The translations under genes and the position numbers were made by a program. A model generated the notes under the pieces. It worked only from the letters and a program-made list of their open reading frames with translations. It was not told the DNA's origin and made no database searches. Below, piece after piece: positions 1-13,045 of a stretch of 64,000 nucleotides of DNA. The stretch spans positions 620,001 through 684,000 of the forward strand of contig NW_019091361.1 of NCBI RefSeq assembly GCF_001949145.1, read 5' to 3'. Origin of the DNA: Acanthaster planci. Taxonomy: Eukaryota. Each line of letters begins with the position of its first letter. Positions within the stretch are counted from its first letter, which is position 1.

Positions 1-3000
1 ACGTTCCCGTGTTTGTTTGGCTCTGCGTGCATATGCTCATGTGGGGCCGTGGAAACTTCTCCCACAAGCTCATCCCTCCGCCTGGTTTATACACGATGGG
101 GAAAGGACAGATTAAATTAGCCCACACCGTCAGAATAAACACAATACAACATTATCAGTTCTGGCCTATTTTGGACGAGGTCCCTGTCCACATTTGGGGC
201 ATCTCTTGTTACCTACTGCTGCCGAGGTTGGTCCCGACCGTGATAAGTAATTCAAACCAAGCCTGGAGATAGTTTACTATGTACAGAACAACTTTCATAT
301 CTTGAATCAACTTTTGCGGGCGAATATTTATGACAAGGGTCTCCCAGTGCAAACAAACTTCCAGTCCTTGGGGAACTGGGGGGGAAAAATTGTGGAATGG
401 GAGGGACAGTAGATGGACCTCAGAGAATGCGAGAACAGAACAAAACTATGAGAGCAGCATTTACAACTGGATGAGGAATTTGACAAAAAACAAATTCAAA
501 AAGAAAGTATTCAGAGAAGAGTGGGGATAAGACCGTGAATGGGAATCCAAAATGGGGCAAAGAAAAAGGAGAAAAGGCTTAAAAGCACTGACAGTCACAA
601 GACATGGAACTGGTTTTTGTTGTAAAGGACATTCAACGGAATAGTTCCTTAATAAGATTTCCAGTCTTTAAATTAAGCCATGACTCAATGTATAGCCTGA
701 ACCCAAACGTGTATGAAATCATACTCAAGGGCTTGGGCAGAACAATGTGTCTCATTATCAATGCAGCGGCAATACATTTTCATTCATTTCAGCATTCACT
801 ACTCCATTTTCCCAGCTTTTTCATTCTACTTTAAATTGGATATTGACAATGGACAGAATGGAAGCAAATGAGACATGCCTCGGTTGGAATCTCAAAACCA
901 CAATCATGTCCTAATTTTATTAAAAAATCCTACAGGGGGCTCCTCCATAGTGCTTTCAATTGACGACCGAATCACAATTCTCCTAACAGATTGTTTACCT
1001 TCATCTCTATTTTTTTCTAAAATTAAATATCAGAGCACGTACTGTCATGTCCTTCCATGAGATGCCACGGACTACAAACCAAACAATACAAAACACTGCT
1101 CAACAATGGCAGCCCCCATTTGGTCGAGGACGGGAACACTGTTACCAATAACAGGCGTAAACAAATCAGCAAATGGTCTCTTCGTTACTCTTATAAGTGC
1201 ATTGTTCCCTGAGCCACCAATAAAAATGCTCATTTCAAGAAAAATCTTATATGTTTCAATGTAGGTGAAGACTGTGCAAGAATGTAACACACAAGGGTAG
1301 TGTTATAAGTACATCAACATTACTGCATCGGAAGTACTGGGAAACAGCAGCTACAGAAAGTGTAGGCACATTTCCAGCTGCAAAACACAGTCTTATCCTT
1401 GAAACCAGATCCTAACATTTTGTACAAATGACTATAGAATCAGTGGTGGTGCATCAGTGAAATGGTTTGTAACTGGGTTCATGACCTTTTTGTGAATTCT
1501 ACTAACCAAGAAAATAGTCAATAACTTTCTTTTTTAATGGTAGGGCATGAAGGATTCCTCCGGATTCAAATTTACCAAAAAAAAAAAATTTGAAATGACG
1601 TATACTTTAAACCAAACAGACATTTGGGAGAAATACCGAACCATATTTGGGTGCCTTTAAACTGTCAATTGCTTTTGTTTACCTGTGGCCGCTCTGGCTT
1701 AATGTGTCCGCCTTGTGTAGGCCACAACAGTCACCAGCAAACCTGCAGCAGAAATAAACTTCCTTTTTCTCGCATTAACAGCCACCACTTACCCACATTT
1801 TCATTCCAGCAAATGTATGTTACTTTCATATGATAAAATCAACAGACAAAAGAAGATAACAAGATTGGAGGAATCACGAGTAAAGTCTAGCAACACTTAT
1901 CAAAGGAAGACATCTGCTCAAATTCAATCCTAACCCCAACCCCTGCTGACTGCACTACTAAAAAAAATTGCGACTGAAGATTTCTATGAGTAAGCCAACA
2001 AATCCTGGAGCTTAAGAAGCAAGTGACAGAAAACCCAAATCAATGAATCAAGCCAAAAGCTAACAAGTGCAAATCAACTACTTGACACTTACTAACGACA
2101 GACTGAACCCTCAACCTGAGCCATACACCAAGGCATCTTACAAACACACACACACATGTATACACACTCACAGAAGGTTGAGGGAGAAAAGGGAAATTGG
2201 CTTTTGAAGTGAACTTAGGCAACGGCAGCCCTTTATACAGGAGTGAGGGGCCAGTTTAGAAGCTAATAACGGAAGACATTGACATCCCGTCAAGATGGAG
2301 AGGAGATTGGGATGGGTCCCCTCAAATGCAACCAACTGCCAGATGGCTATCAGTAAGGTGCCAATTTTCCAATCATCCATTTCCTCTATCGTAGTCTCTT
2401 AGAACGAAGGGGAAAAAAGGGCTCACCATGTTTAGAGAGAAAAAAATTTTCGCCTCAGTCCAGGAGATGTAAATCAGTCATTAGGGGACATTTTAGAGTA
2501 CCACTAATGAAACAGGGCAGTTGGCAAACAAACACTGTCTTACAGCTACTATAGACTCCTTCCAAGCCGCTTCTTGCAATTACTCTTTACAGTCATAACT
2601 GGTGAACACATTTTTCGGACAGACAGGATGGGATGGATAGCTGTCTTCAAGTGTGCTCGGACAGATCTGTGCAAGCCTGACAACTACCGTCTGGCAAAAC
2701 CACTCCATGAAAAAAAATGTATGAATTGATTGCGATGCCAATCATCTGACAAACTTGGTTATCATTTTTCAAAAAGTCTGGTAGGCATCAGAGCACACAC
2801 CCTACCATACACACAATTAACAACCCAAATACAATCTCGATATAACACAACTGGGCACCTTGTACACAACTCATTCCTCTGAATAGAGGCATAAAAATAT
2901 GACCACACTCCTGTACGTAATCCAGAGTTGATGTTTGAGTCAAAAAGTTGAACAATTCAATTCACTAACTGAGGCAACCAAAACGTTAAACAAAGTCACA

Positions 3001-6000
3001 AAATATGACTAATGACTTCAGGATTTTTATTCAGTTTGATAGAAATCAAAGCACTTCATTTGACTTTGTTTTCGAACTATTCTGCTCAGACCAGCATTAA
3101 GTTTTGAAAACCTAAAGATTAGGAAGCCTGGCTGAGCTCTGCTTTCTCTTTGCAATGAAATTGAAAAACCATAATTCAACAGAAGGGCTCAAAAACAGAC
3201 TACAGAGATTTCAGCTGTATGAAACCAATCCTTGTTTTAAAATTGTATCATTATAAAATAATAATAATATTAGCAAGAGAGGAAGTAATTCCAGATTCAT
3301 CATCAGGCACATCAGAAAAATAAAAGAGGGAGGGAATTTTATTGGACCAAGCTGCTGTCTGGAGTGGAGTGGGATGTACCGACCAACCTGGTGTCAGCTT
3401 TCATTCTAATTAGCGAACAATGACAGTGATCTATTGGAATGGGTCTACCGCCAGATGAAGAAACCAGCCTTTATCATCAGGGCAGATGCCACAACAATAT
3501 TATTAACAAAAATCAGATGCTTGGGTTCTGCAGTCAACACTTTTAACTGTTTCGTGTACAATTTCTGCATCTTTGAGTTATTAATAAGTGATACGTTAGT
3601 TCTCCTTTGCACAGGGAACAGGAGTTGGTGATGAAAAACTGGAATTACAATAATGCTGAAGCTCTTGATGAAAATAGGAATGACCACATGCCATCATTTG
3701 TCATGTAGTTTTCTTTTCCTTGGCTCATCAAGAAGAAGTTTACGCACGAAACGGCGGTATGCTTCTGAGAATGCAAGGCCCTACTCATCTCAAACTTCCA
3801 CGCCTTTGATTCTTGATGGAGCAAAATACCTCGCAGAACTAATAAGTTTCATAAATCTTTTGAAGAATTGCCGATACAATTTTACTGGAGTGAAACACCT
3901 GTCGCCACTAACGTGTAATGTAAATCATTGGAGCTGACCCCAGGAAAAGTTCCATCAAGTATGGAAGATTAATGACAACTGTCTGATATCTTAAAGAGTG
4001 GCCTTTTCTATTAAGGGCCATTATTTTCCATTTTGGAAAGTGTAGAGGGGAAAAAAATGACAAATAGCCATCTAAAGCCATTTCAATTTCTCTGCCAAGA
4101 ATTCTCAGGATTTCAAAAGCAGTTCTTCATGTAGATCTATTATAGCCTGATTGCTGACATACAGGGCACTCCTCAAGCTTTCTAACTAGTCATAAACTCT
4201 GAATCATAAAGGCTTCACCATGTCTTTTCACAGTTGAATGAGCCACCTTGTCAAGCAAAACATGACAAAACATAATGTATTGCACCTGTAATTTCCTAAG
4301 GTGTAGCCTAAATGTACCTATATGTTGGTATGAGGTTGAACAGCTATGGATAAGGGAACCCACAATTGTTTAGAAAGTTTCTCAGATTTGCTGACAGTTA
4401 AATACAGCAAATACAATTTGCAGACGGTGAAATACTGTAAGTACTTAGGAAGTTATCTGGCAAGCTTAAATGACAAGCTATTAAAAAAGGAAAAAAAATC
4501 TGATCAAACTTTAGTATTAACAAGTACGCACAGGAAGTGAAAAAAAGTCTATAATCTATTTCTGGGTCGGCTTCTGCACAACAGCTCTGAGCATGGAACT
4601 TAGTTGTGAGCATGGCTTTGAACAAGAGTTCAAAGAAATAGAAATAGATTAAGTGTAACTTCTCCACATCTCACAATCCATTTCAATGTCAAACTTTAAC
4701 AATCCCTTTATTTTAAGAACCATATCAATCAATAAAAAATAAATGACTGAAAATAAATAACATGCCATAACATCTGAAATTTCATTTCACTAATCAAATT
4801 GTTGTAGATACTGGAGGCCAGTGAACACGCTGGTAGTTGGTAAGTGGAGAGCAATCATGTGTAGTAGTCATGCCTACCACGACGGTGTACACTAACTGCT
4901 TGGTGAGTAGCCCTGTGGCTCAAGCAGCAGGCCAGCCATTGACTCATTAGATTCATGCAGTGATCAACAAATATAGATGGTAGCTCATGCTAAGCCTACA
5001 GGTCTGTTTGACAGGCACTGGGGAGGACGTGAACTAGACGGTGCTCGAAATACTCAGTGGGAAGAAAGAATCATAGGAGGACGGTGAGCCAAACATGACA
5101 ATAGAAAAGTAATTGATGTTCTCAACAGCGAAACTTATTCTCGCTGATTAACGATCTTCATTCTTCAAATCACCATTCCTTTTTACCCTGATGATTCTAA
5201 TTTCTTTCTTATGTAAATACAGAACAGAAACTTTGAAGGAAACATTTAGGGTAGTTTTTCCATAGAAAGATCATGTTTCAACCGTACAAAATTCAACGAA
5301 ACAATGAAATAAAACAGGAAATCTACACAATCAGTACTGTTTACCAAAACAAAAACTAACCAGAAAAAGTTACGAGTTATTTTCCATTACTTTTTATCAG
5401 CTCAGTTCACTTTTCCTCATTTAAGGGTCACAGAGTTTATTTCCGGATACTGAAGAATGTGTTTCCTCCTGATTTTTGTGTTTCCTTTAGTAAGGGATGT
5501 GAGTGCCCTAGCAGAGATTGGTCTTTCGCTCTTGGCAACCATCGGTTCACTGACCTGTGAGGAATTGTAGACTTTGATTATGAGGACCAACAATTATGTA
5601 TTGTCTATACCCTAGAGGAACTTATCTTAGAAATCAGTGCTATTGGATGAAATTAACTCTAGAAATCTCTACTCCACAATCTTGCAATAGCAATAGACCT
5701 TTCGTTGATTTGTCATTTGGTACATTAAACCCTTTCTTTGCTATCATTTAATTTTAAAATGTACAGTCTGTGATATTTCATATAAAACAGGCAATTCAGT
5801 TTCTTTCAAGAGTAAAATCATTCCTGTAAAAATGTTTCTTAGAATAAAGCTTCCAATTTTGTAACATGACATGTTTAGTAATCGACAAAACTTCCCACTG
5901 CAACGAACATCACATTTTACTCAAACAACCAACCAGTTTCAAGAAAGGCTCAGAAGGATAAAGCCTTCCAAGAGAGAGCATCAGAAGATCTCAACTAGAT

Positions 6001-7864
6001 TTGCATCAATGGCAAGGTCACTTGATGGAAAACACTATTTAGGAGACAGTGAAGAACAAGACTACGATCCCACACTTATATTGACTTTCTGTTACAAGTA
6101 TTCATACATAGGTATTCGAAAAAAAGGACTAGCCCATCGTTCCAGAAATCAACAGTGAGTCTGAGAAAAAGTGCTTTGTAGCATGTTTTTGTATTATCTC
6201 TTGCTTTCAATGTGGGGAAATCAACCCCAAAAAGGTTAGGGGAAATTGAACAGTGAGACGAAACAAGAAATGCACTAATGGACATACTGCCAGCAATCAC
6301 AACAGGGTACCGGCATGGCAATGAGTGTATTTCAATGCGACGTAGAAAACCCATAAAAAAGTTAGACGCAGCTTATTCATAAAATGGAGAAACTCAAATG
6401 GCTTTCCTTTTGTCAAACTGTTTCCTTCAAACACAGACTGGAGATGACCAAAAAATCAGACATGCTAGTGTCATTAACTCGGAAGCAGCAGGTGAGCTCA
6501 AGATAAGCTTAATTGTGTCTGTACAGGCCATTTCCGGAGGCATTCCTATAGCCAGGAGGTATATGTATGATCACATGATCAAAAAAAAAAAAATGGTTGG
6601 CACATGCACAGACTGAACTACCTGTAATTAATTATTACATGTAATTGGGGTGTGGAATGCACTGATTAAACATAAGATGCATTTGGTATAACAACTGATT
6701 TTATCCTCTATCTTTGGTAGCTTGTCTACATGCTGTTGCCTTCATTTAAACTGATTTTCCAGCTTCAAAAACTACATGTACAATGTGGCTTCAAATTAAA
6801 TGCCCAGAGTAACAGGCCTTTGTGCTTTGGTTAGATGCATTGAGTCAAGATAAGAATGGTATTATGACAACTGATGGTTGGGTTCACACACTGTTCGGGA
6901 GCAAGGCAAAACTGGAAAAAAGAACAAGACATATGTTCGTTGCTATTTGTTACCTCTGTTTTCCTAACTCCTGCAATATTCCATTCAGAAAAGTGAAAAT
7001 ACAACTTTACACAATTCATTTTGCACCTGGCTCTGACCATATTCTCACTCAAAAACCAGAAAGGGCAAGATATTTGAAGCACTGGATTTCTCCACGCATT
7101 CCCACAGCTAAGGCTCAGGTACAGTGTTCTTTCAACCGGGTAGAATTGGATTTAAGTTGAAACAATGAATCAGTGGCTGGGAACTCAGACTGAATGCTGC
7201 CAGTCTTGATTCCATCACAATAACTGCTGAGTTATCCTGCCCACTCTCCCCTCACATCCCAAAGTTCAAGGAAATTGACATTCAGAAGACCCAGAGCCGG
7301 CTAAAAGAATCCCCCGACTCCTTTCTTGGCAGATCAAAGGAGCCGTTGGATGGAGCGGCACCGTGTCAGCCAATGGGACTCATTAGGCCAGCTCTGATTA
7401 ATGTGGGAGAGTCAGACACTCAGAATAATTATAATTAATGGCCACGCGAAGATGTCATGGACATTAGCTGATCCAGTAACCCAGCTAGAGTGCCAACTGG
7501 AACGCCATGGAAAACTGGAAGTTCCAAGGCCGTCTGCGCAGATTGGACAGGAACTAAAAGTGGCCAGACAGTCAGTCATGATAACACTTCTAGTTTCCTT
7601 CCCCTTAAGAAAATCAAAATCTCTGTGTCACTGACCTATATGTACATGCTGGTAAACTACAGATCTCCTGTGCTTCCACACTTTGTGAAAATAAGGTATT
7701 TTAGGGAATGATTAACTAACAGTATTTATAAATCTGTCAATCTCTTGCCCCAGTGTTTTTAAAGTTACCTTTCACTTCTACAGTGCTGGCACAAATCACA
7801 CACACAGTAGTTAAAACAAACAAAGCGGCCAGTTTTAAATAAAAGCATTGCCTCTGGCTGTAAA

Positions 7865-7878
7865 GCGCCCTCTACTGA
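7865..7878 (-). promoter_or_regulatory. CTCF-like motif
   Basis: The minus strand reads TCAGTAGAGGGCGC, matching the CTCF core CCASYAGRKGGCRS except at the first base. Confidence 0.55.
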
Positions 7879-8007
7879 CCCAAAATGTATCAAACTGGGA
7901 GGTTGCCACTACCAAAAGCAACAACAGTTGAATATTCTTCCATCAGTTTGGATCGTTTTGAAAAAGATTAGACAATAGGTTGGATGGGAACAAATACCAC
8001 AAGATAC

Positions 8008-8105
8008 AGACAGGCTCAATGTCAGTTGGCAGGGCACTGTTGCAAGTTCTTTGGTAGAGACAGGCTCAATGTCAGTTGGCAGGGCACTGTTGCCAGTTCT
8101 TTGGT
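8008..8105. repeat. Tandem duplication, 50-bp period, 2 copies
   Basis: agacaggctcaatgtcagttggcagggcactgttgc(a/c)agttctttggt starts at 8008 and again at 8058, with one mismatch. Confidence 0.95.
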
Positions 8106-9258
8106 TGAACCTTAGAAGTACAAGCTAGCTACAGTTCCCGATGGAGTTGACCTTGGCTGACCCCTGGCAACATATCTCTAACTACTGGAATACCTGGCTG
8201 GCCAACTGCATGCCACAGCTCCCCCTTGCCCAAGCTATTCTGTTATGTGTAAAACCGACCACAGAAAGCAGGGGAAAAAAAAGCCTTCAGGGCATGGCTG
8301 TCTCAAAATTGAAAATTTCTTTTACCCCCAAAAGGTGGTATTCTTTTGGTTTGCTTTCTTTTCTGTCTTTTTTAACGTGTGGATTTGCACTTTTTGCAGG
8401 GTTGCACCCACGAATACCCCTGGGATTTGATAGACTGGTGTCGGCCTGTTTTGTTGTAAACAAATGGCAGTGGAAAAAAATAGCACTGGATCAGGGCTTT
8501 GTAACAGAGCTGGCATTTGTTAGAGAGAACCTGAGTAGCTACAATAACTGAACACATATCAAGGTGCGAATAGAGCTTTTATTCACCATTGAAGCTTATG
8601 CGCCCTGTCAATGTACTGAATACTTAGCTCCTTTTTTTCCTTTATTCTTGCTAGTGTATAGAAGTGAATGGAAAGATTCTGCGATTATAACAGGATGACC
8701 AATCTTGACAGGGACACTGAAGCTACTGTACACGGTAATACACACAACCTAGATATCATCCTAGCGCACCTCAACAGAATGTGAAAGAACATGTATAAAA
8801 TGCTCAAATGAATTGTGCACTGTTGATCTAAGAAAGTGGAAGTGTTGTATAAGTTTCTATAACAAAATGCATTAACTTTAATTTAAATGCCAAATACCCT
8901 AAATAACTATCATGATCCTTTGTAGACTCCTTTCCAGCCTCCAATTTCCATTTCAGATGCTCACATGTAAACCACACTAATCTCTAGATCTAGACTAGCT
9001 TTGCATTCTGGCCAACAGTTTGAAGCCTTTTTACTAGTTCTTCTTTCTTGTTGTCTTTGAAGGTATTTGGTCAATGTGTTCATGTTCTTTATTTGTTTTT
9101 ATGCCAAACAAACCAGGATTCCAAAGGATGCAAACGTGACATGGCAAATAAATCTGTAAACACTTTTTAACTCTTTCTTTTAACCACTCCATCCTTATCC
9201 ATTATCCAACCAGCAGACTTTACAAGCAGACCCTGGGGGTTCCCCTAAAGACATGCCC

Positions 9259-9287
9259 AGGTCAAAGGTCACTTGGAAAAAAGGTCA
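9259..9287 (+). promoter_or_regulatory. Perfect nuclear-receptor DR1 element plus a third half-site
   Basis: AGGTCA-A-AGGTCA at 9259-9271 and another AGGTCA at 9282-9287. Confidence 0.5.
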
Positions 9288-10257
9288 GAGATGCCAGAAA
9301 TAATTTTCCACAGGAGTTGCCTGGGGAATAGTCACAGTCCATGCAATCCTGCTTGCACGCATCAATGCCATTAAAATGTCATAAAAGATGGGCCCATGTG
9401 GTAAAATACAGTGGTGAGCAGAGTGCTTTCCCTATCCGAAGTAACCTTGAAGAATCCCCAAGAGACAAGCGTCAAATCAAATCAGAACCAAACTGGAAAA
9501 CAAGCCGCCTTTGTAGGGGCTGTTGGAATCTATTCCAGCAGGAGAAAAAGTCTGGCCCAGAAGGATGCAAAGACACAAAAACTTGCCGCTCAGTTTGGAA
9601 GTTGGGGAAATTGATCTGTGCCACAAAGCAACAAGATAGCGTTCCGAAATCTCAGATCAGAGGCAATACAGCATGAAAGGCCACAATGTTCATGTTACCT
9701 CATCTTCACACTGAGGGTCAAAGAACTAACATCTACAGTGTCTGTGTGTGCACAGGAATTCATCACCCTTCAGGCAGCAAAAATTTCATGAATAGGTCAT
9801 GACGCAATCTCCTTAATTACACACCGTGATCAGGTCCAAGCATTTTGCTCCGATGAATTTTTCTACAGTCAAGAGGCAGAATCCAAAGTCGCGGCCAGTT
9901 CACAGGCTGTGATGTCTGTGGTTGAATTGATGGTACATGTAACTGAGAACAAATTTTACTGATCCTTGGCTTTTGTCTCAACCTAATACTTGACTATTAA
10001 AACCAAGGTGGCTTAAATTGCTTCAAATGACTCTTCCATAATTGTACAAAGTTATATTTGTGAAATAGCCAACAGCTTATCTTGAACAATTACACGGTTA
10101 AACAAAGACCACTGACAGTCCATTTTGAACTATTTTATCTGGTCCTACATTGACTGGCTCTTTTTGACACAGACTGCAGACAAACTTTAATATGCACCAA
10201 AGTCCCCGACGCTTAATCACATAAGCAAGATATCATGCACGTATGTCTAAGGACTGA

Positions 10258-10757
10258 CTTGCTTTTAAAGGGTTACAGAAATTGAAAACATTTAGTTCGC
10301 ATGAAGTATTTAAATATAACAATAAATATGTAAACCATTTCAAAAACATCATGAATTTAATGTTTACCTCATTAATTGTGACCGCAAATGAATAAATATA
10401 TCCTACATTTCCCTGCCCACAAAAAATCCCCTTTTCGCCGTTCGCCTTCCAAGGCTGATTGGACGACGTCATCGCCAGACAGATGCATGTACAGTGTACA
10501 TGTACATAGCGCATCGTGCATGTACAATCGCACGCTTGCAATGGACCATGTTGTGTTTGATGTAAGCTTGACCAACAGGGCAAACACTGTTCCAGTTCAA
10601 GAAATACACAGTAGGACTTTATCTTTTAATTTCTTCCCTGATCTGAGACAATGTTTGCCTGTTTGCAGTGTTTCCCATGGTTATGTACTTACTGTTATTT
10701 TTAAATACTTCACATGAGCTAAATGTTTTCTATTTCTGTAACCCTTTAAGAAGCAAG
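10258..10757. mobile_element. MITE / non-autonomous DNA transposon, Kolobok-like (TTAA-flanked, AGGG...CCCT termini)
   Basis: Imperfect ~80-bp inverted repeats at 10258-10338 and 10677-10757 (aagggttacagaaat... / ...atttctgtaacccttt). TTAA at 10265-10268 and 10746-10749. The interior is CpG-rich and non-coding. Confidence 0.8.
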
Positions 10758-12911
10758 GTATCATCGGTGCTACTGAATGCACAATGTTCTACCAGTGAAA
10801 CTGTTGCTTGTCTCAAGAAGGTCATAGGAAGAAATGAACACCAAAAACCAGTGTTACAACATTGGAATTGGCGCATGTGGATGTGTTCAAACTAGTCTAC
10901 TGAATACTCAATCTCTACAAATGAGCCTATATCACTACTGTAGGTTTAACAAGTTGTTAGAAATGGACAACACAATGCAGCCTTTGTGAGTAAAACAACA
11001 TAGAATTAGGCTCTGAGACATCACTGTAACGGCTCTAATGACTGGTTGCGAGCAGTCCTGATTCCCGAGAATGACAGCAAGCAATGTGAGCTGAAGGGTA
11101 GGCAAGTGTTTTACTGCCTCCCTGCCAAGTAGAAGACACGCTGGAATGCATTGATGCCGTCACTTCACTTTGTCTGGAGAAGGCCATGTTCATCTCTCAA
11201 AACTCAGGAGTTAATCATTCCCACTGTTTCCTCTTCCATCCTTGGTAGTGTTTGGTTTTCTGTAGTCAGTGCAGACACTTCCTGCCATATCTAAATCCAA
11301 AGTATGTGCACTAACCAAAAAAAAATGACTTGACAAAACAAGCAAGCGGGACCATGTGTGAGTGACTTCTCAGTTCAGATAAGGAACGTACCATGTCTGT
11401 CTTGATTTCCTACAGGGAGCTGTTGTTTCATTCCCGACATGAAAACATGCCATTTCAAGAAGTGTGAAACTTGGCATCATCTATGTCACCTGAAGGCCAA
11501 AGGCAAATCCTTGCTTGGAAAAATGCCAATCGGCAATCATGATGTTATGTCCTGGCCATGAAATGCCATGATTCAAGTTCACACACTCACTACACACACA
11601 GGCAGACAACATACTTACATGTATGACCTTCAAGTTTTCTGGAAAATGAGTTACGGTATTCCTCCTTCACAATGAGTACCCCATCACGACATTTATTTCT
11701 ACCATATGCATGAGTAGAACTAAAGAAGGTCGCAATATCAAGACACATCTCTTCCTGCCTGTCTCATGTACAGTGAAGCTTAACAGCAAGCTTAACAGTC
11801 AAGCAACAGCACCAATGACATTATCGTGATGTAATACAGACCAAATTTCTATATTTGACATTCACAATAATTTATCATGACACAAACAGAGGGCAAATAA
11901 GGATAAGGATTCAGAAGGATTAATAAGGATTTTGGTTCTCCCTTCAAAATCCCCCCACCAAAAAAACACCATCAAATGCAAGTTTTGTGCCATCCAACCA
12001 AACACGCAACAATGCATGCAAACATAATGTCTGTCAACAAGAGACAGAAACTGTGTCAGCCTGTTCGTTTTCAAATCCTGATATTTTCCTGGCAATGGGT
12101 CTTAGTAACCTCTACCCTATGCTTACAACACTTTGCAATCAGCAACTGTTCCAGGAGAAGTATTGTCGACTAGCAGTGTTCACGAAGGCTAACCGTGACC
12201 CAGCTATTGTGATGGTGACAGCGTCAGGTTGCTGAATGCCTACTCGGAAGCACACACACCTAATGTAATTTTCCTACACTTGCCTCTATTGCCATGCAAA
12301 TTTCCAATTTCTTCCACTAGTGTGAGCACATTCAAGGGAGAAACTCGGCAAGAAAAACGCCAAAGAAATAAAGAAGGGAGAGGGGTGCGAGAGCTAGTGC
12401 TGGGCTGGGAGTATTGGAAGCAGACTGGAGAAAAAATAATTAATTTCACATGAATGGTGTGATCCAGACATTTGTTTGTGTGGGGGGGAGAGAGAGGTAT
12501 CAAAGGCGTGTAGAATGTTCTCTTCAGTGCACTGGACACGTCATACAAATGCTCCACAAATTACTTCTCCTTGCCATGGGAGATATTATCGATCAACCTA
12601 TAACAAAGAAGTCACTTGATATCTGGCAGCAGATCAAAGGTACCGCCTGGTGACGGGTCTGCTCTTCCCATCTGTGACTAATCAGATTTGAACCAAAATA
12701 ATTTACAGTATTTGAGCACGCTCCTCAAGGAAGTTCCAAATTATCAGTTTTTCATCTAAAATCTACAGGCCAATTTTTATTCTCAACAAACAAACCAGAG
12801 CAAGATGTGGGGAACAAATAACAAAAGAAATACAAAGAAACCAACACTCTTACTGCCACAGATACCAGTAAAAATAATACCAACTTGAGGACAATAGAAC
12901 AAATATAACAA

Positions 12912-13045
12912 CACTTACCCTTTTCTTCTCAGCAACAAGCAAACAAATTGCCTCTGATTCAAACTATATCATAATGAGAATGGAAGACATGGGATGGCAG
13001 AATGTACTTATCACATGAGTCATACATACCTGCAGGAAAAAAAAA
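12912..13045 (-). other. Candidate recursive splice site with a 111-nt cryptic RS-exon (12919-13029)
   Basis: The minus strand reads tttttttttcctgcag|gtatgta (junction 13030/13029), then aagg|gtaagt (junction 12919/12918). The exon has stops in all three frames. Confidence 0.45.

Noticed and set aside
1321..1342. miR-217-like start (tactgcatc)
   Set aside because: Only the seed region matches, and there is no evident hairpin.
8008..8105. CRISPR-like repeat interpretation of the direct repeats
   Set aside because: Only two adjacent copies, no spacers, no cas genes, and a eukaryotic context.
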